A stretch of 64,000 bases of DNA, taken from Balanoglossus misakiensis (lineage: Eukaryota > Animalia > Hemichordata). The position numbers and the translations under genes were made by a program. The first letter of the stretch is position 1. Every line of letters starts with the position of its first letter. The stretch is from contig CM082578.2 of assembly GCA_040954595.2 (NCBI GenBank), forward strand, positions 62,001 to 126,000, read 5' to 3'. Below are positions 1 through 11,879 of the stretch, piece by piece. Under the pieces are notes generated by a model that did not search any database, had not been told where the DNA came from, and saw nothing but the letters and a program-made list of their open reading frames with translations.

Positions 1-2567
1 GATACTCTATTAAAACCTGTAAACATGTCAGGGATGAAATTAAAGCCAGCGTCAGAAAAAGCCTTATAAAATACCGACTTTCCTCCAACGAGGACGTTTC
101 TGTTGTTCCAAATCACCTGGTCTGTAGTATTTGGAATTATGTTGATTTCTGACCATGTGACAAGACAATTATTTATAAAACTGGAAACTTGGACAGGCAA
201 AAGATTGGTGCGGAAGTTACATTTAAAAAGTAATTTTCCACCGACTTTCTCTAAACTGTGTAAGACAATGTGTTTCCAAGGGTGTTTACATTCCTCATTC
301 AACAGGCGTTTAATCAGTAATACTTGCTTTGTTTTTATCATCACATCTAAATTGGGCATTTTTAAGCCTCCTTGGCCCACCTCCCCTATCATTACATTCC
401 TGCGAACCCGGTCTTGTCCATTCCAGAGAAAATTATAAATTAACTTATGAACCCGACCTATTACTTCATTAGGAAAAATTACATGTGTAAGCACATATGT
501 TAATTTGGAAATTGCCAATGACTTAATAACTTGAACTTTCCCAATGATGGTCAAATTCCTAGTTTTCCACATATTGAGGACCTTTTTTAGATTTTCGACT
601 GGGGTAACAATATTTTTTTCCTGGGCAATTTTTTCATTATAAGAAAAATGAATCCCCACAATCTTGATAGTAGGGGTGGGCCACTTTACCCCGAACGCCT
701 CATCTTTTCGAAGTCTCCATTTCCCAAGCCAAACAGCTTCTGTCTTATCTTTGTTGACTTTCAAACCAGAAGCATTATAAAAGGAAGTTAACATTTCAAA
801 AACAATTCTTACAGAGTTTTCATTTGATAAAAAACAGGTCATATCGTCGGCGAACGCCGACTCCTTAATTTCAACACTGCCAATATTGATACCACTAATT
901 TGCCGGTTATTTCTTATTGAATGCAAGAGTGTTTCTAAAACCAGAATAAATAACATAGGTGACAAAGGGTCGCCTTGGCGCACTCCCTTCTCAAGCTTAA
1001 AATAGCCAGTCCCAAACCCATTGTTCATTACAGTGCTTTCAATGTTAAAATATAAGGCTTTAACCCAGTTGATGAAGGACACTCCAAAATTAAAGGATGA
1101 CAATGTATTGTAGAGATAATCCCAACTTACAGTGTCAAAAGCTTTTTCGAAATCTATGGCTAATAAAATTGCTGGAATATCAGCATTACAGGTGTGATGA
1201 AAAATCTCATCTATCAAACGGATATAATCACCAATGTTTCTCCCCCGGACAAAGGCCGCTTGGGAGTCACCAATTAAGCAGGGCAAAACTTTCTCAATAC
1301 GTTTAACAAGGCATTTTGAAGCAAGCTTCATGTCAACATTCATAAGGGAGATTGGTCTCCAATTTTTCAGATAGAGTTGATCCTTCCCAGGTTTATCAAT
1401 CAGAGTTATGACACTCTGTTTCTGTGAATTTGAAAATTCCCCCGTTCTGTAACCATAATTGAGAGAATTCAAAACTAAATTCCCCACCTGTGGCCAAAAC
1501 GCCACGTAAAATTCTTTTGTAAGGCCATCATTGCCGGGGCTTTTGTTGTCTGGAAGGGAGAGAAGAACAGAGAAAACTTCCCCAGGGGTCAAAGGACCCT
1601 CACACAAAACTTTATCATTCTCTGACAACGTTGGTAAATTTGCATCCAGGAAATAATGCACATCGTTGGAGTTTGTGGCGCACCTTGAGTAAAGCTTGGC
1701 ATAAAACTGCTTAATTTCACACAAAATATTCTTTGGGTTGTCTATAATTGTATACTCATCTTTCTTCAAATTGCTGATACTCGAGTTGCGTTTATTTACC
1801 TTTTCCAAACCTAAAAAGAACTTGTTACATTTTTCACCTTTCTCGTACCAATTAATCCTGGATCTTACGACCGCTCCTTCTGTAATATAATCATAAACTT
1901 TCTCCAAATCACTCTTTGCTGACTCGAGCATCTCGTTATTTTGCACTGTAGGATGATTAGAACAAAGACCCTCAAGAAAATTCACCGACAGTTCAAGATT
2001 CTGTAAATTCTGTCTACGTTTTTTCGCCACTGTTTTGCTGTAGTCAATCACAAAACCTCTAATCTTAAATTTTATGAAGTCCCAACGAACCCCATCATTT
2101 AACCTAGTGGATTCACTAATCCACTCGTCAATATTATCGTGCAGAATGGTTTTGAAAGTACTGTCGTAAATTAAACTAGAATTAAACTTCCAGTAGCCAG
2201 GACCCCGCTCGTTTTGGCAAGATTTATACACCAAAGAGACAGCTGAATGGTCGGAATCCACTCCAGGAATAATCTGAACGCTACTGATTTGTTGCTGTAA
2301 ATCGCTAGAAATGAAAAAATAATCAAGTCTACTCTGAGTGATATAAGGCCTGCGCCTTCTCCAGGTAAAACCTCTCTTTTCTTCATGACGCACCCTCCAT
2401 ATATCAATCAAATTGAAGACGTCAGATATCCTATCTAAAAGAGCAATGTACTTTCCCCATGGTTTAGGATTGCCTCCTGAGCGATCAAGGGCAATATTAT
2501 AGGTGAAATTTAAATCCCCTCCTAAAATGACAATTGTGTTGGGATCGGTTACATATTTGACCAGCAA
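1..2567 (-). pseudogene. LINE ORF2 downstream part (rest of endonuclease plus reverse transcriptase), separated from its start by an insertion
   Basis: Manual translation from 2567 gives LLVKYVTDPNTIVILGGDLN...; FADD at 854-843 is in the same frame. Probably missing from the ORF track because it runs off the window edge. Confidence 0.9.
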
Positions 2568-2865
2568 AATAATAATAATAATAATAATATTTAATTCTTA
2601 AAAAACGCTTTCCATGTAAAAAGACATCCCAAAGCGCTGTACATCGCTGCTTAAAAATACAAAGACAAGTAAAATGCTAAAAATGTATCATAAAAAAATA
2701 GACAATGGTTAAAAATGGATAAAAAAATGGATAAAAAAGTCATTCCCTGAATAAAAACGTTTTAAGGCTGGATTTAAAAACATTAAAATTCTCACTGCTA
2801 CGGAGTGGAACCGGGAGCTTATTCCACAACCGTGGTGCTCCTGTAGAGAATGACCTGTCACCATA
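2568..2865 (-). mobile_element. ~300-bp 3' fragment of an L2/Crack/CR1-group LINE nested in the L1/Tx1 ORF2
   Basis: Encodes YGDRSFSTGAPRLWNKLP...FKSSLKTFLFRE*, a typical C-terminus for this group. The 3' UTR has a cagcgctttggg...gaaagcg stem-loop-like motif and a (TAT)n tail (AAT repeats at 2568-2588 on +). Confidence 0.85.
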
Positions 2866-3237
2866 AAAGGCTTCTAGAAAAATTACATGCTCTTTCTCTA
2901 TATTGGGTGCATATACATTAAGTAGTATACAAGGCGTATTGTCTAAATTTACATCAATAAGAATAAATCTACCCATATCGTCAGTTACAGAATTGTTAAC
3001 TATAATATTTGGGTTATTGATAATTGTTATTACACCTCTACTATTGTTTGTTCCATGCGAAAACCAACAGCGACCATTAAATTGAGTTGACCAAAAGTGA
3101 ACATCGTCTTTTACACTGTGGGTTTCTTGTAAGAAAGTAAATGTGGGGTTCTTACTATTTAACCAACATCCAAGTTTTTTCCTTTTTTTGAAACTACGGA
3201 GCCCTCTTGTATTAAACGTCAAAACTGAAAAATCCAT
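2866..3237 (-). pseudogene. LINE ORF2 N-terminus (APE endonuclease); the ORF 2740..3237 is a chimera with the inserted fragment
   Basis: MDFSVLTFNTRGLR...FLQETHS...SRGV...GRFI...LLNVYAPN are classic APE/EEP motifs. The sequence switches to a different LINE family after ...FLEAF. Confidence 0.9.
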
Positions 3238-3697
3238 TTCAAATTGTCATGAAATGTGTTGTGTCGACTGCTTCCAAAAACATTTCTGAAAATTGACTGA
3301 TGTGTCCCGCTTTGAAATAAACCCATCAAGAAACAACAAACAAACAAGACAAACACACCCTAAGGGCCGACAGAGGCGAGAGAAAAAAACCCAAAGGGCC
3401 AAAAAAAGAGAAGACTGAGAAGAGACGAAACTCCCTTCCCCGGAGGAAAAAAACAAACAGGGAAAGGGGGCAAGACGAAAAGGAGAAGAAATACAAAAAG
3501 AACAAAAAAGAAGGGCAAGAAAAAAAAAACCTACTCTGCTCGAGTGCCACACCTTCTCTGTGTCGGAGGTGTATTGAGATCTTTAAAATCAATGGCCGAC
3601 AACGTTACCGTTATTCTATGAATACTGTGTTTGGTAATTCAAAGTCGTACGCTACTATCCAGTTTACATTTACAATTTTCATTTACATTTACAAATG

Positions 3698-3982
3698 TCA
3701 TTTTTCTGGAATGTCATTTACCGTGAGTTCCTTTTTGACACCATTAGCGTACTTGATTACGAGTGTTGCCGGCACTTTCCAAGCTATGTAGCAGCTTTTC
3801 GTCGACGCTTCTCTCTTTATCTTGCTTGCATACTGTAGTAGCCTCTTCCGTTCCGCGTATACTTTCTTGCTTACATCGTCAGACACATAAATCTGGTTTC
3901 CTTTCAACTTGTTTCCTTTCAGGCATCCAGGGGCCGCAAATAAAATCTGTCTGGCTTCGTTGGCGTTACCGAAGACCACCAT
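3698..3982 (-). pseudogene. C-terminal part of LINE ORF1 protein (5'-truncated)
   Basis: Lies upstream of ORF2 on the same strand. (RVI)MVVF...ILFAAPGCLKGNKLKGNQIYVSDDVS...ERKRL resembles the RRM/CTD region of L1-like ORF1p. Confidence 0.7.
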
Positions 3983-3984
3983 AA

Positions 3985-6900
3985 TGACCCGCTGTGACTT
4001 TCCCTGTTCGGTTTGCCCGACTTAGCCAACGTCTTTGTACTAGAGTGTCGGGTCTTTTGCAGAGCCAGGCCGAAGGTAATCCGACTTGATCACCGTTGCT
4101 AACGAACGCTAGTGTCTGTCATGGTGTGCCGGGGTTTTAGTCGAGCCAGGCCGTAGGAGATCTGACTTGATCATCGTGGTCAATGTACGCGTGTTTCCGC
4201 TCTAAAGTGCCGGGGCTTCAGCTAAACCAGGATAACTTACGCCAGTCTGTGTCATATAGAGCCGGTGCACCAGCCGAGTCACGCCGTAGGAAATCTGACT
4301 TGATCAACGTGGTCAATGTACGCCTGTTTCTGCTCTAGAGCGCCGGGGCTTCAGCTGAGCCAGGCCGTAGGAAACCCGACGTGATTACCGTTGTTAACTT
4401 ACGCCAGTCTGTGTCCTATATATAGTGCCGGGGCATCAGCCGTGCCAGGTCGAAGGAAATGTGAGTAGATCAACGTGGTTTTTGTACGCGTGTTTCTGCT
4501 CTAGAGTGCCAGGGCTTTAGCCAAGCCATGCCGTAGGAAATCTGACTTGATCAACGTTGCTAACGAACTCTAGTGTCTATCATAGTGTGCCGGGGTTTTA
4601 GTCGAGCCAAGCCGTAGGAGATCAGACTTGATCAACGTGGTCTCTGTACGCGTGTTTCTGCTCTAGAGTGCCGGGGCTTTATCCAAGCCATGCCGTAGAA
4701 AATCTGACTTGATCACCGTTGCTAACGTACGATAGTGTCTGTCATATTGTGACGAAGATTTAGCCGAGACAGGCCGTAGAAAAATCGACTTGTTCAACGT
4801 TACCAGTGTGCAACTGTTTCTGCTCTAGAGTGTCAGGATTTTAGCCGACTTATGCTGTAGGAAATCTGAGTTGATGAACGGGAATTCAATGTTAGAAAAT
4901 CCGTGTGGAAAGTATCTCTACCCGTTTGAAACTAAGAAAAGAATTTATTTTTATTTATTTTGTAAAAAAGACAATTTTTCGAAAAAAAAGTCGAAAATGG
5001 TAATTTTGTCTTGGGTGATTCAAATTATACCGCCTTTTCTGCAATTTGCAGCACTTTTTACAAGAGAACGACACTTCATGCTCCATAATATTTCCGAAAA
5101 TGAAGAAAAGAGTTAATTTTTTATTATTTTTTAAAAATTTACCTTTTTTGTCAAAATATGGCCAAAATGGCTATTTTTTATTGAATTCCGTCAATATCTC
5201 TGCATTTTTGGAGTGGTCGAAAGTTTTAACATACAATCAACATGTCATATATGATCAGGGCACCAAATTCGAAGAACAAAGGTTTTTTTAGTTTTTTTTC
5301 TAAAAATGACATTTTCAAGGAAAATTTGGTAAAAAGCAATTTTGTCTGCAGTGAGCCAAATTAGACGGTCTTTTGTGGAATTTGTATCGATATATACATA
5401 CGAAGAGCATTCTATACTCCATCAGATTTCCGATAATGTAGAAAAAAGGGCTTTTTTGTAATTTTCAAAAATTTACCATTTTGACCAAATTGTGGCTAAA
5501 ATTGTTATTTTCGTGTTGAATGCCGCCAGTGTCACTGCTTTTAAAAGTCATAAAAACGTTTAACATACAAGCAATTGTTTATATATGATCAGGTCACCGA
5601 ATTAAAAAAAATAAAGAATGTTTTGCCTAAAAATTACCTTTTTGGTGCAAAAACGCAATTTTGTATTAAATCAGCTCATTCAGAGTGCATTTTTTATAAT
5701 CAGCACCATTTTTACATAAAATGGAAATTTCATACATCATCAGATATCCAAATATGAAAAAATGATTTAGATTTTAGATGATTGTCCAAAATTAGCTGAT
5801 ATCTAATAAATGTAGTATTGAACCGTTCTGTCCCCCCCCCCCTACATTATATGCGGTACGCCGATGTAAGCTTACCCGGCAGTACTGCAGGCCGTGCCCC
5901 CAACTAACGTCGGTGTTTGAAACGCCCTGGTTAAATTCGGGCTTTCTCTATAAATTGACAGGCAATAATGCAGTCCTACCCGAACAAATGTCGAGTGTTG
6001 ACCCGCTGTGACATTCCCTCTTCGGTTTGCCCGACTTAGCCAACGTCTTTGTACTAGAGTGTCGGGTCTTTTGCAGAGCCAGGCCGAAGGAAATCCGACT
6101 TGATCACCGTTGCTGACGAACGCTAGTGTCTGTCATGATGTGCCGGGGTTTTAGTCGAGCCAGGCCGTAGGAAATCTGACTTGATCAACGTGGTCAATGT
6201 ACGCCTGTTTCTGCTCTAGAGTGCCGGGGCTTCAGCTGAGCCAGGCCGTAGGAAACCCGACGTGATTACCGTTGTTAACTTACGCCAGTCTGTGTCATAT
6301 ATATAGTGCCGGGGCATCAGCCGTGCCAGGCCGAAGGAAATGTGAGTAGATTAACGTGGTCTCTGTACGCGTGTTTCTGCTCTAGAGTGCCAGGGTTTTA
6401 GCCAAGCCAAGCCGTAGGAAATCTGACTTGATCAACGTTGCTAACGAACGCTAGTGTCTGTCATAGTGTGCCGGGGTTTTAGTCGAGCCAAGCCGTAGGA
6501 GATCAGACTTGATCAACGTGGTCTCTGTACGCGTGTTTCTGCTCTAGAGTGCCGGGGCTTCAGCTGAGCCAGGCCGTAGGAAACCCGACGTGATTTCCGT
6601 TGTTAACTTACGCCAGTCTGTGTCCTATATATAGTGCCGGGGCATCAGCCGTGCCAGGCCGAAGGAAATGTGAGTAGATCAACGTGGTCTCTGTACGCGT
6701 GTTTCTGCTCTAGAGTGCCAGGGCTTTAGCCAAGCCATGCCGTAGGAAATCTCACTTGATCACCGTTGCTAACGTACGCTAGTGTCTGTCATATTGTGAC
6801 GGAGATTTAGCCGAGCCAGGCCGTAGAAAAATCGACTTGTTCAACGTTTCCAGTGTGCAACTGTTTCTGCTCTAGAGTGTCAGGGTTTTAGCCGACTTAT

Positions 6901-7790
6901 GCTGTAGGAAATCTGAGTTGATGAACGGGAAGTCAATGTTAGGAAACCCGTGTGGAAAGTATCTCTACCCGTTTGAAACTAAGAAAAGAATTTATTCTTA
7001 TTTATTTTGTAAAAGAGACAATTTTTCGAAAAAAAGTCGAAAATGGTAATTTTGTCTTGGGTGATTCAAATTATACCGCCTTTTCTGGAATTTGCAGCAC
7101 TTTTTACAAGAGAACGACAATTCATGCTCCATAATATTTCCGAAAATGAAGAAAAGAGTTAATTTTTTATGATTTTTTAAAAATTTACCATTTTTGTCAA
7201 AATATGGCCAAAATGGCTATTTTTTCTTGAATTCCGTCAATATCTCTGCATTTTTAGAGTGGTCGAAAGTTTTAACATACAATCAACATGTCATATATGA
7301 TCAGGGCACCAAATTCGAAGAACAAAGGTTTTTTTATTTATTTTTTCTAAAAATGACATTTTCAAGGAAAATTTGGTAAAACGCAATTTTGTCTGCAGTG
7401 AGCCAAATTAGACGGTCTTTTGTGGAATTTGTATCGATATATACATACGAAGAGCATTCTATACTCCATCAGATTTCCGAAAATGTAGAAAACAGGTATT
7501 TTTTATAATTTTCAAAAATCTACCATTTTGACCAAATTGTGGCTAAAATTGTTATTTTCGTGTTGAATGCCGCCAGTGTCACTGCTTTTAAAAGTCATAA
7601 AAACTTTTAACATACAAGCAATTGTTTATATATGATCAGGTCACCGAATTAAAAAAATAAAGAATGTTTTGCCTAAAAATGACCTTTTTGGTGCAAAAAC
7701 GAATAAAACGCAATTTTGTATTAAATCAGCTCATTCAGAGTGCATTTTTTATAATCAGCACCATTTTTACATATAATGGAAATTTCCTAC
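3985..7790 (+). repeat. Composite ~2.05-kb satellite, first ~2 units
   Basis: ~81-bp GC-rich monomers (gccgtaggaaatctgacttgatcaacg...), then an AT-rich block, then a poly-C linker; the same unit recurs throughout the window. Confidence 0.97.
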
Positions 7791-8320
7791 TGTTACGATC
7801 TGTATAAAGGTCAAATACGATTTCAAGGGTTAATTAAGCCAGAGCTCGGGAATGTCAATGTTTGATAGTATTTGATTTTATGTATTTGAAGTAGATAGGG
7901 AAAGCGGGTGTTTAACTGACTGCTCTGATTCTCAATCATCACCGAACTGACTTTGTTATATAACACTTTATGTAAATTGGTACGTATAGAGTTGACTGAT
8001 GTCCAATGAAATTGTAACACATTGTATTTGTGATATTTTACATTATTAACCACGCCTTGAGAAAAGTAATTATAAGAGAACTTTGTTTCCAAAGTTAGGA
8101 AGAATAATCTAACGGGAGATGGGAGTACCTCAGGCTACTGAGCTCGTTCCCTTCCTCATGTACTTTACTGGGCGTATTTGATGTACTATATAATTCCGGA
8201 CAATAAATGAACGTGAATCAGATACGTGTCTCCGTGGATCACTGTTCTCGTCAGAGCCCGATACCTCATCGCTACAGATTCCCCCGATGCATGAACAATC
8301 ATGAGAAACCAGCCGTAATA
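7791..8320 (+). repeat. 5' LTR (530 bp)
   Basis: Starts tgttacg and ends cgtaata (imperfect terminal inverted repeat). Direct repeat of 14565-15093; contains AATAAA at ~8203. Confidence 0.95.
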
Positions 8321-8321
8321 C

Positions 8322-11300
8322 ATGGTGGAGAATCCGGGTAGACGAAACAAATCCATCGGAGACAGAAACGGCGACGTCCAGCGGAAAGATTACAGCATGG
8401 ATCGCGAGATGCTAAACGACATGAACAGTCAAATATCGGAAATACGACAGGTTACACTCAGAGCTGGAGGTCAGGTAGGCCCAGGTTTCTTTTCGGGTAC
8501 AGAGACTGAGAATGCACACCGATGGTGGAAAAAATATATAGACTTTGCTGACTTTAAGCAATGGTCAGACGAGAAACGGCTTAAAGGAATCGGACTATAT
8601 TTGACTGGTGAAGCGGAGCGATGGTTCTACAGACTGTCTGCTGAAAAGAAAAATGACTTGACGACACTGCAAAATGTCTTCCTCGCTCGTTTTGATAAGT
8701 GCGGTCCGATGTGGCTGTATGACGAGAAACTGTTTCGCCTGAAGCAACTGCCGGACCAGACTGTTGAACAATATGCGGAATTAATATGCGAAAAAGCAGA
8801 AAAAGCGAAAAAGACTGATGAGGAACTACTATCTTTCTTCATGAACGGACTGAGACCGGACATACTAAAGTTCGTAGCGGGAATGTCACCTGAGGACTTC
8901 GAAACAGCGTACAAACATGCTCGAACAGCAGAGGTCGTGGCAGGATTACCAGAGACAGACGAGCCAGAAGCGGGTCTTTTACAACAAATCTCGACACGGA
9001 TTGACGACATGAAACAAGAAGATGAAGAAATGAAGACCAAATCAAGCGCGGCAGATCATCGAGGACGATCGACAAAAAGAGAGAAGAAATCGCCGAATTA
9101 CAGAGCAAGAGAACGAACAATAGACAATAAGGTAAAGAGGAACAGATATAATTTTACTGGACACTCTGCCCAACGTTTTCCTCGACATAGTCAATTTAAT
9201 TCCCGTGCATGTTTTAATTGTGGGCGTTACGATCATATAGCTAGAAATTGTTCAAAATATGGGTTCTCTGGAAATGTTTCGAAGCCTAGTCGGAAATTTT
9301 ATTTTGATGGATCGTCCGACAGGAGGTCATGTACAGGTATAAATGCACTCGGGAAAGAGGGTGCCTATAATGTTAAAGATGGTGTAAACTTTGTTAACAA
9401 AGATGGGTGTGCTTTTCATGAGAATGTTATTCCAATTTCAATATGTCATGAAAAAGTGACGTCATTAATTGATACTGGAGCACATATTACTGTAGCTCCT
9501 ATTCGGTTGTTAGAGCTTATTCCCGCTCTAAAGAATTATCCGATGTTCAAGTCCAGACATAATTGTGTACATACAGCACACGAAGACAAATTGAAGGTAA
9601 TTGGATTTATGAAAATACCTGCTTTTATTGGGAATAAGCGTGTATTACTGTATGTTAATTTAGTTGAGTCTCTTCAGCATAATCTGATTTTGGGACTTGA
9701 TTTTATGAAGCGTTATAGAGCTGTTATTGATTTCAAGGGTAATATTTTAAGATTACAATCAGACGTACCGTTAAGAACAAATGTTGATGTTAACATTTCA
9801 CCTGGAAGTGAAATGGTTATTCCAGTGAAAGTACCGTATAAATATCTTACTGGAGTTTTAGGTTGTATTTGTGATAAACGAACACGCTTAACCCCGGGTA
9901 TTTTGGTAGCTAAGGGGTTGGCCTATTCGAATAAGAATTTTCTTCCCATGCGAGTTGTAAACACTTTGGATACTGTGGTCAAAATTAAGAAAAACAGTGT
10001 TGTTGGAATGTTTTCGCCTTTGCCCCGTAATAGTGAAATAGTCCCACTCGATAATACTGCCGTTAATTGTGTCTCACCTCAAGGGCCCCGTACACAGAAA
10101 GAGACGGATTATTTGATGGGTCAATTGAAATTTAATGAATTAGAGATAACTAAGGCACAGCGTAAACAGCTTAGAGATGTTTTACTGCACAATATGGAAG
10201 CTTTTGTTGATTCTAGTGGTCGTTTAGGCAACTGTGATGTAATCAAACATACAATACGATTACAAGAGGGTGCTGCCCCGTTCCGTCGCCCACCTTACCG
10301 AGTAACGCTTGAGAAAAGACGTGAACTTGAGCGACAAGTTGATCAGCTGTTAGAACAAAATATTATCGAGCCGTCCACTTCACCGTTTGCTAGTCCAGTA
10401 GTTTTAGTCAAAAAGCCTGATGGTTCGTGGCGTTTTTGCACAGATTTCCGTCATTTGAATAATATTACAGTGCCTGATTCGTTTCCCTTACCTAGAACTG
10501 ACGAATCTCTTGAAATGTTAGGCAAGAATAAGCCTCAGTATTTTTCGACGCTTGATTTACAGTCAGGATTTTTTCAATTGGAATTAGATGAAGAGAGCAG
10601 ACCAAAAACAGCTTTTGTCACACATCAAGGTTTATATCAATACAGGGGACTTGCCCAGGGGTTGCGAAATAGTCCCAGTTGTTTTCAGCGTACTATGCAA
10701 CACGTGTTACGCAATATTATGTGGCAATATGTGTTATGTTATATCGATGATATTATTATATTTAGCAGCTCTTTTGAGGAGCATCTTCAACACATTGATA
10801 CTGTCCTAACCAGGTTACGTCAAGCTGGATTGAAATTAAAGCCCAGCAAATGTCAATTTATGAGAAAGAGTGTTAAATTTTTGGGTCATATTATCAGTAA
10901 GAATGGAATTGCGGTTGACGAGAGTAAAGTAACAGCTGTTAAAGAATATCCCCGTCCTCATACTGTCACACAGCTGAAATCATTTTTGGGGTTGGCCAAT
11001 TATTATAGAAAGTTTATAAAGAATTTCTCGATCATTGCAAGGCCTCTGCATAAATTGTTGGGAAAGGACACGAAATTTGAATGGGATGATCGATGCGAAC
11101 ATGCATTTGAGAAATTAAAACATGTCCTGTGTCAAGCACCAATTCTAGGGTATCCTGATATGAATGAAAATTTCACAATTTATACCGATAGTTCCACTCA
11201 TGCCCTGGGGTTTGTTTTAGCTCAACGACAGAATGGTGTTGAACGAGTGATTTTATATGGGGGTCGAAGTTTAAACTGTCACGAAAGAAATTACTCAATT

Positions 11301-11879
11301 ACAGAATTGGAAGCTTTGGCCGTCATTCATGCTATCCGACAATGTGATCACTATGTACGGAGCAACCATGTCACTATAGTGACTGATCACTCCAATCTGA
11401 CTTACATGTTTAAACAGAAAATACCAAGGGGGCGTATTGGCCGTTGGATAATGACCATGCAGCAGTACGATTACGAAATTATCTATAGACCTGGTAAGAA
11501 ACACATGAATGCTGACGGGTTGTCAAGGAGACCATATCAACAATGTGAGGGGTACAAGTCTGACGTCACTGATTTAGAGCATGCGCCTGAAATGAATTAC
11601 AAGCCTAACAGTCAGCCAATGGTAGATAAGTGTGTAAACACTGAGCCCATAAACTCACCTTGTATAAATAATATACATACAGGGCAACAAACCGAACCTA
11701 GGGTTCATAATTCTGCTAATAGTGAGGACACATCTGGGTATGGGATTTTACTTAACAGTTCTAACGACACTTCTAACACTGACGTGGAGGAAAATGCTTC
11801 CAACACTGAAGTGGATAAAACATTCGACAGTGAGGTGCAATCACGAATGAAGGAGAACAGAGAAAGGATAATTATTTGA
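8322..11879 (+). CDS. Gag-Pol polyprotein: capsid, CCHC zinc knuckle, aspartic protease, reverse transcriptase, RNase H
   Basis: CFNCGRYDHIARNC; LIDTGA; SPVVLVKKPDGSWRFCTDFR; LDLQSGFFQ; YIDD; YTDSS...ELEALAV...TDH. The true start may be a downstream Met because ATG 8322 overlaps the PBS. Confidence 0.95.
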   Translation: MVENPGRRNKSIGDRNGDVQRKDYSMDREMLNDMNSQISEIRQVTLRAGGQVGPGFFSGTETENAHRWWKKYIDFADFKQWSDEKRLKGIGLYLTGEAERWFYRLSAEKKNDLTTLQNVFLARFDKCGPMWLYDEKLFRLKQLPDQTVEQYAELICEKAEKAKKTDEELLSFFMNGLRPDILKFVAGMSPEDFETAYKHARTAEVVAGLPETDEPEAGLLQQISTRIDDMKQEDEEMKTKSSAADHRGRSTKREKKSPNYRARERTIDNKVKRNRYNFTGHSAQRFPRHSQFNSRACFNCGRYDHIARNCSKYGFSGNVSKPSRKFYFDGSSDRRSCTGINALGKEGAYNVKDGVNFVNKDGCAFHENVIPISICHEKVTSLIDTGAHITVAPIRLLELIPALKNYPMFKSRHNCVHTAHEDKLKVIGFMKIPAFIGNKRVLLYVNLVESLQHNLILGLDFMKRYRAVIDFKGNILRLQSDVPLRTNVDVNISPGSEMVIPVKVPYKYLTGVLGCICDKRTRLTPGILVAKGLAYSNKNFLPMRVVNTLDTVVKIKKNSVVGMFSPLPRNSEIVPLDNTAVNCVSPQGPRTQKETDYLMGQLKFNELEITKAQRKQLRDVLLHNMEAFVDSSGRLGNCDVIKHTIRLQEGAAPFRRPPYRVTLEKRRELERQVDQLLEQNIIEPSTSPFASPVVLVKKPDGSWRFCTDFRHLNNITVPDSFPLPRTDESLEMLGKNKPQYFSTLDLQSGFFQLELDEESRPKTAFVTHQGLYQYRGLAQGLRNSPSCFQRTMQHVLRNIMWQYVLCYIDDIIIFSSSFEEHLQHIDTVLTRLRQAGLKLKPSKCQFMRKSVKFLGHIISKNGIAVDESKVTAVKEYPRPHTVTQLKSFLGLANYYRKFIKNFSIIARPLHKLLGKDTKFEWDDRCEHAFEKLKHVLCQAPILGYPDMNENFTIYTDSSTHALGFVLAQRQNGVERVILYGGRSLNCHERNYSITELEALAVIHAIRQCDHYVRSNHVTIVTDHSNLTYMFKQKIPRGRIGRWIMTMQQYDYEIIYRPGKKHMNADGLSRRPYQQCEGYKSDVTDLEHAPEMNYKPNSQPMVDKCVNTEPINSPCINNIHTGQQTEPRVHNSANSEDTSGYGILLNSSNDTSNTDVEENASNTEVDKTFDSEVQSRMKENRERIII
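8323..8340 (+). promoter_or_regulatory. Primer binding site, probably tRNA-Ala
   Basis: tggtggagaatccgggta begins 2 nt after the LTR and is complementary to the ...UUCUCCACCA 3' end typical of eukaryotic tRNA-Ala (recalled, not searched). Confidence 0.75.

Larger units (their letters stand above)
1..3985 (-). mobile_element. 5'-truncated L1/Tx1-type non-LTR retrotransposon (ORF1 3' end, spacer, ORF2); continues beyond the left window edge
   Basis: The minus strand encodes an APE endonuclease (TFNTRGL, FLQETHS, LNVYAPN, GGDLN, SRLDYFF, SDHSAV) and an RT (KSPGNDG, WRPISLMNVD, DFEKAFD, GVRQGDPLSP, FADD). GYWKFN and GGLKMPN motifs are typical of L1/Tx1. The 5' end abuts satellite at ~3985. Confidence 0.92.

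Noticed and set aside
3247-3592. Hydrophobic ORFs between LINE ORF1 and ORF2
   Set aside because: They arise from a low-complexity pyrimidine-rich inter-ORF spacer (F/L/S bias).
4000-4870. 81-bp repeats as a CRISPR array
   Set aside because: No unique spacers; whole monomers are homologous and the block itself repeats. No cas genes, and the context is eukaryotic.
5820-6050. Unique linker as a 5S, tRNA, snRNA or SL RNA gene in a tandem gene array
   Set aside because: No recognisable A/B/C boxes, cloverleaf or Sm site by eye; an Rfam search was not possible.
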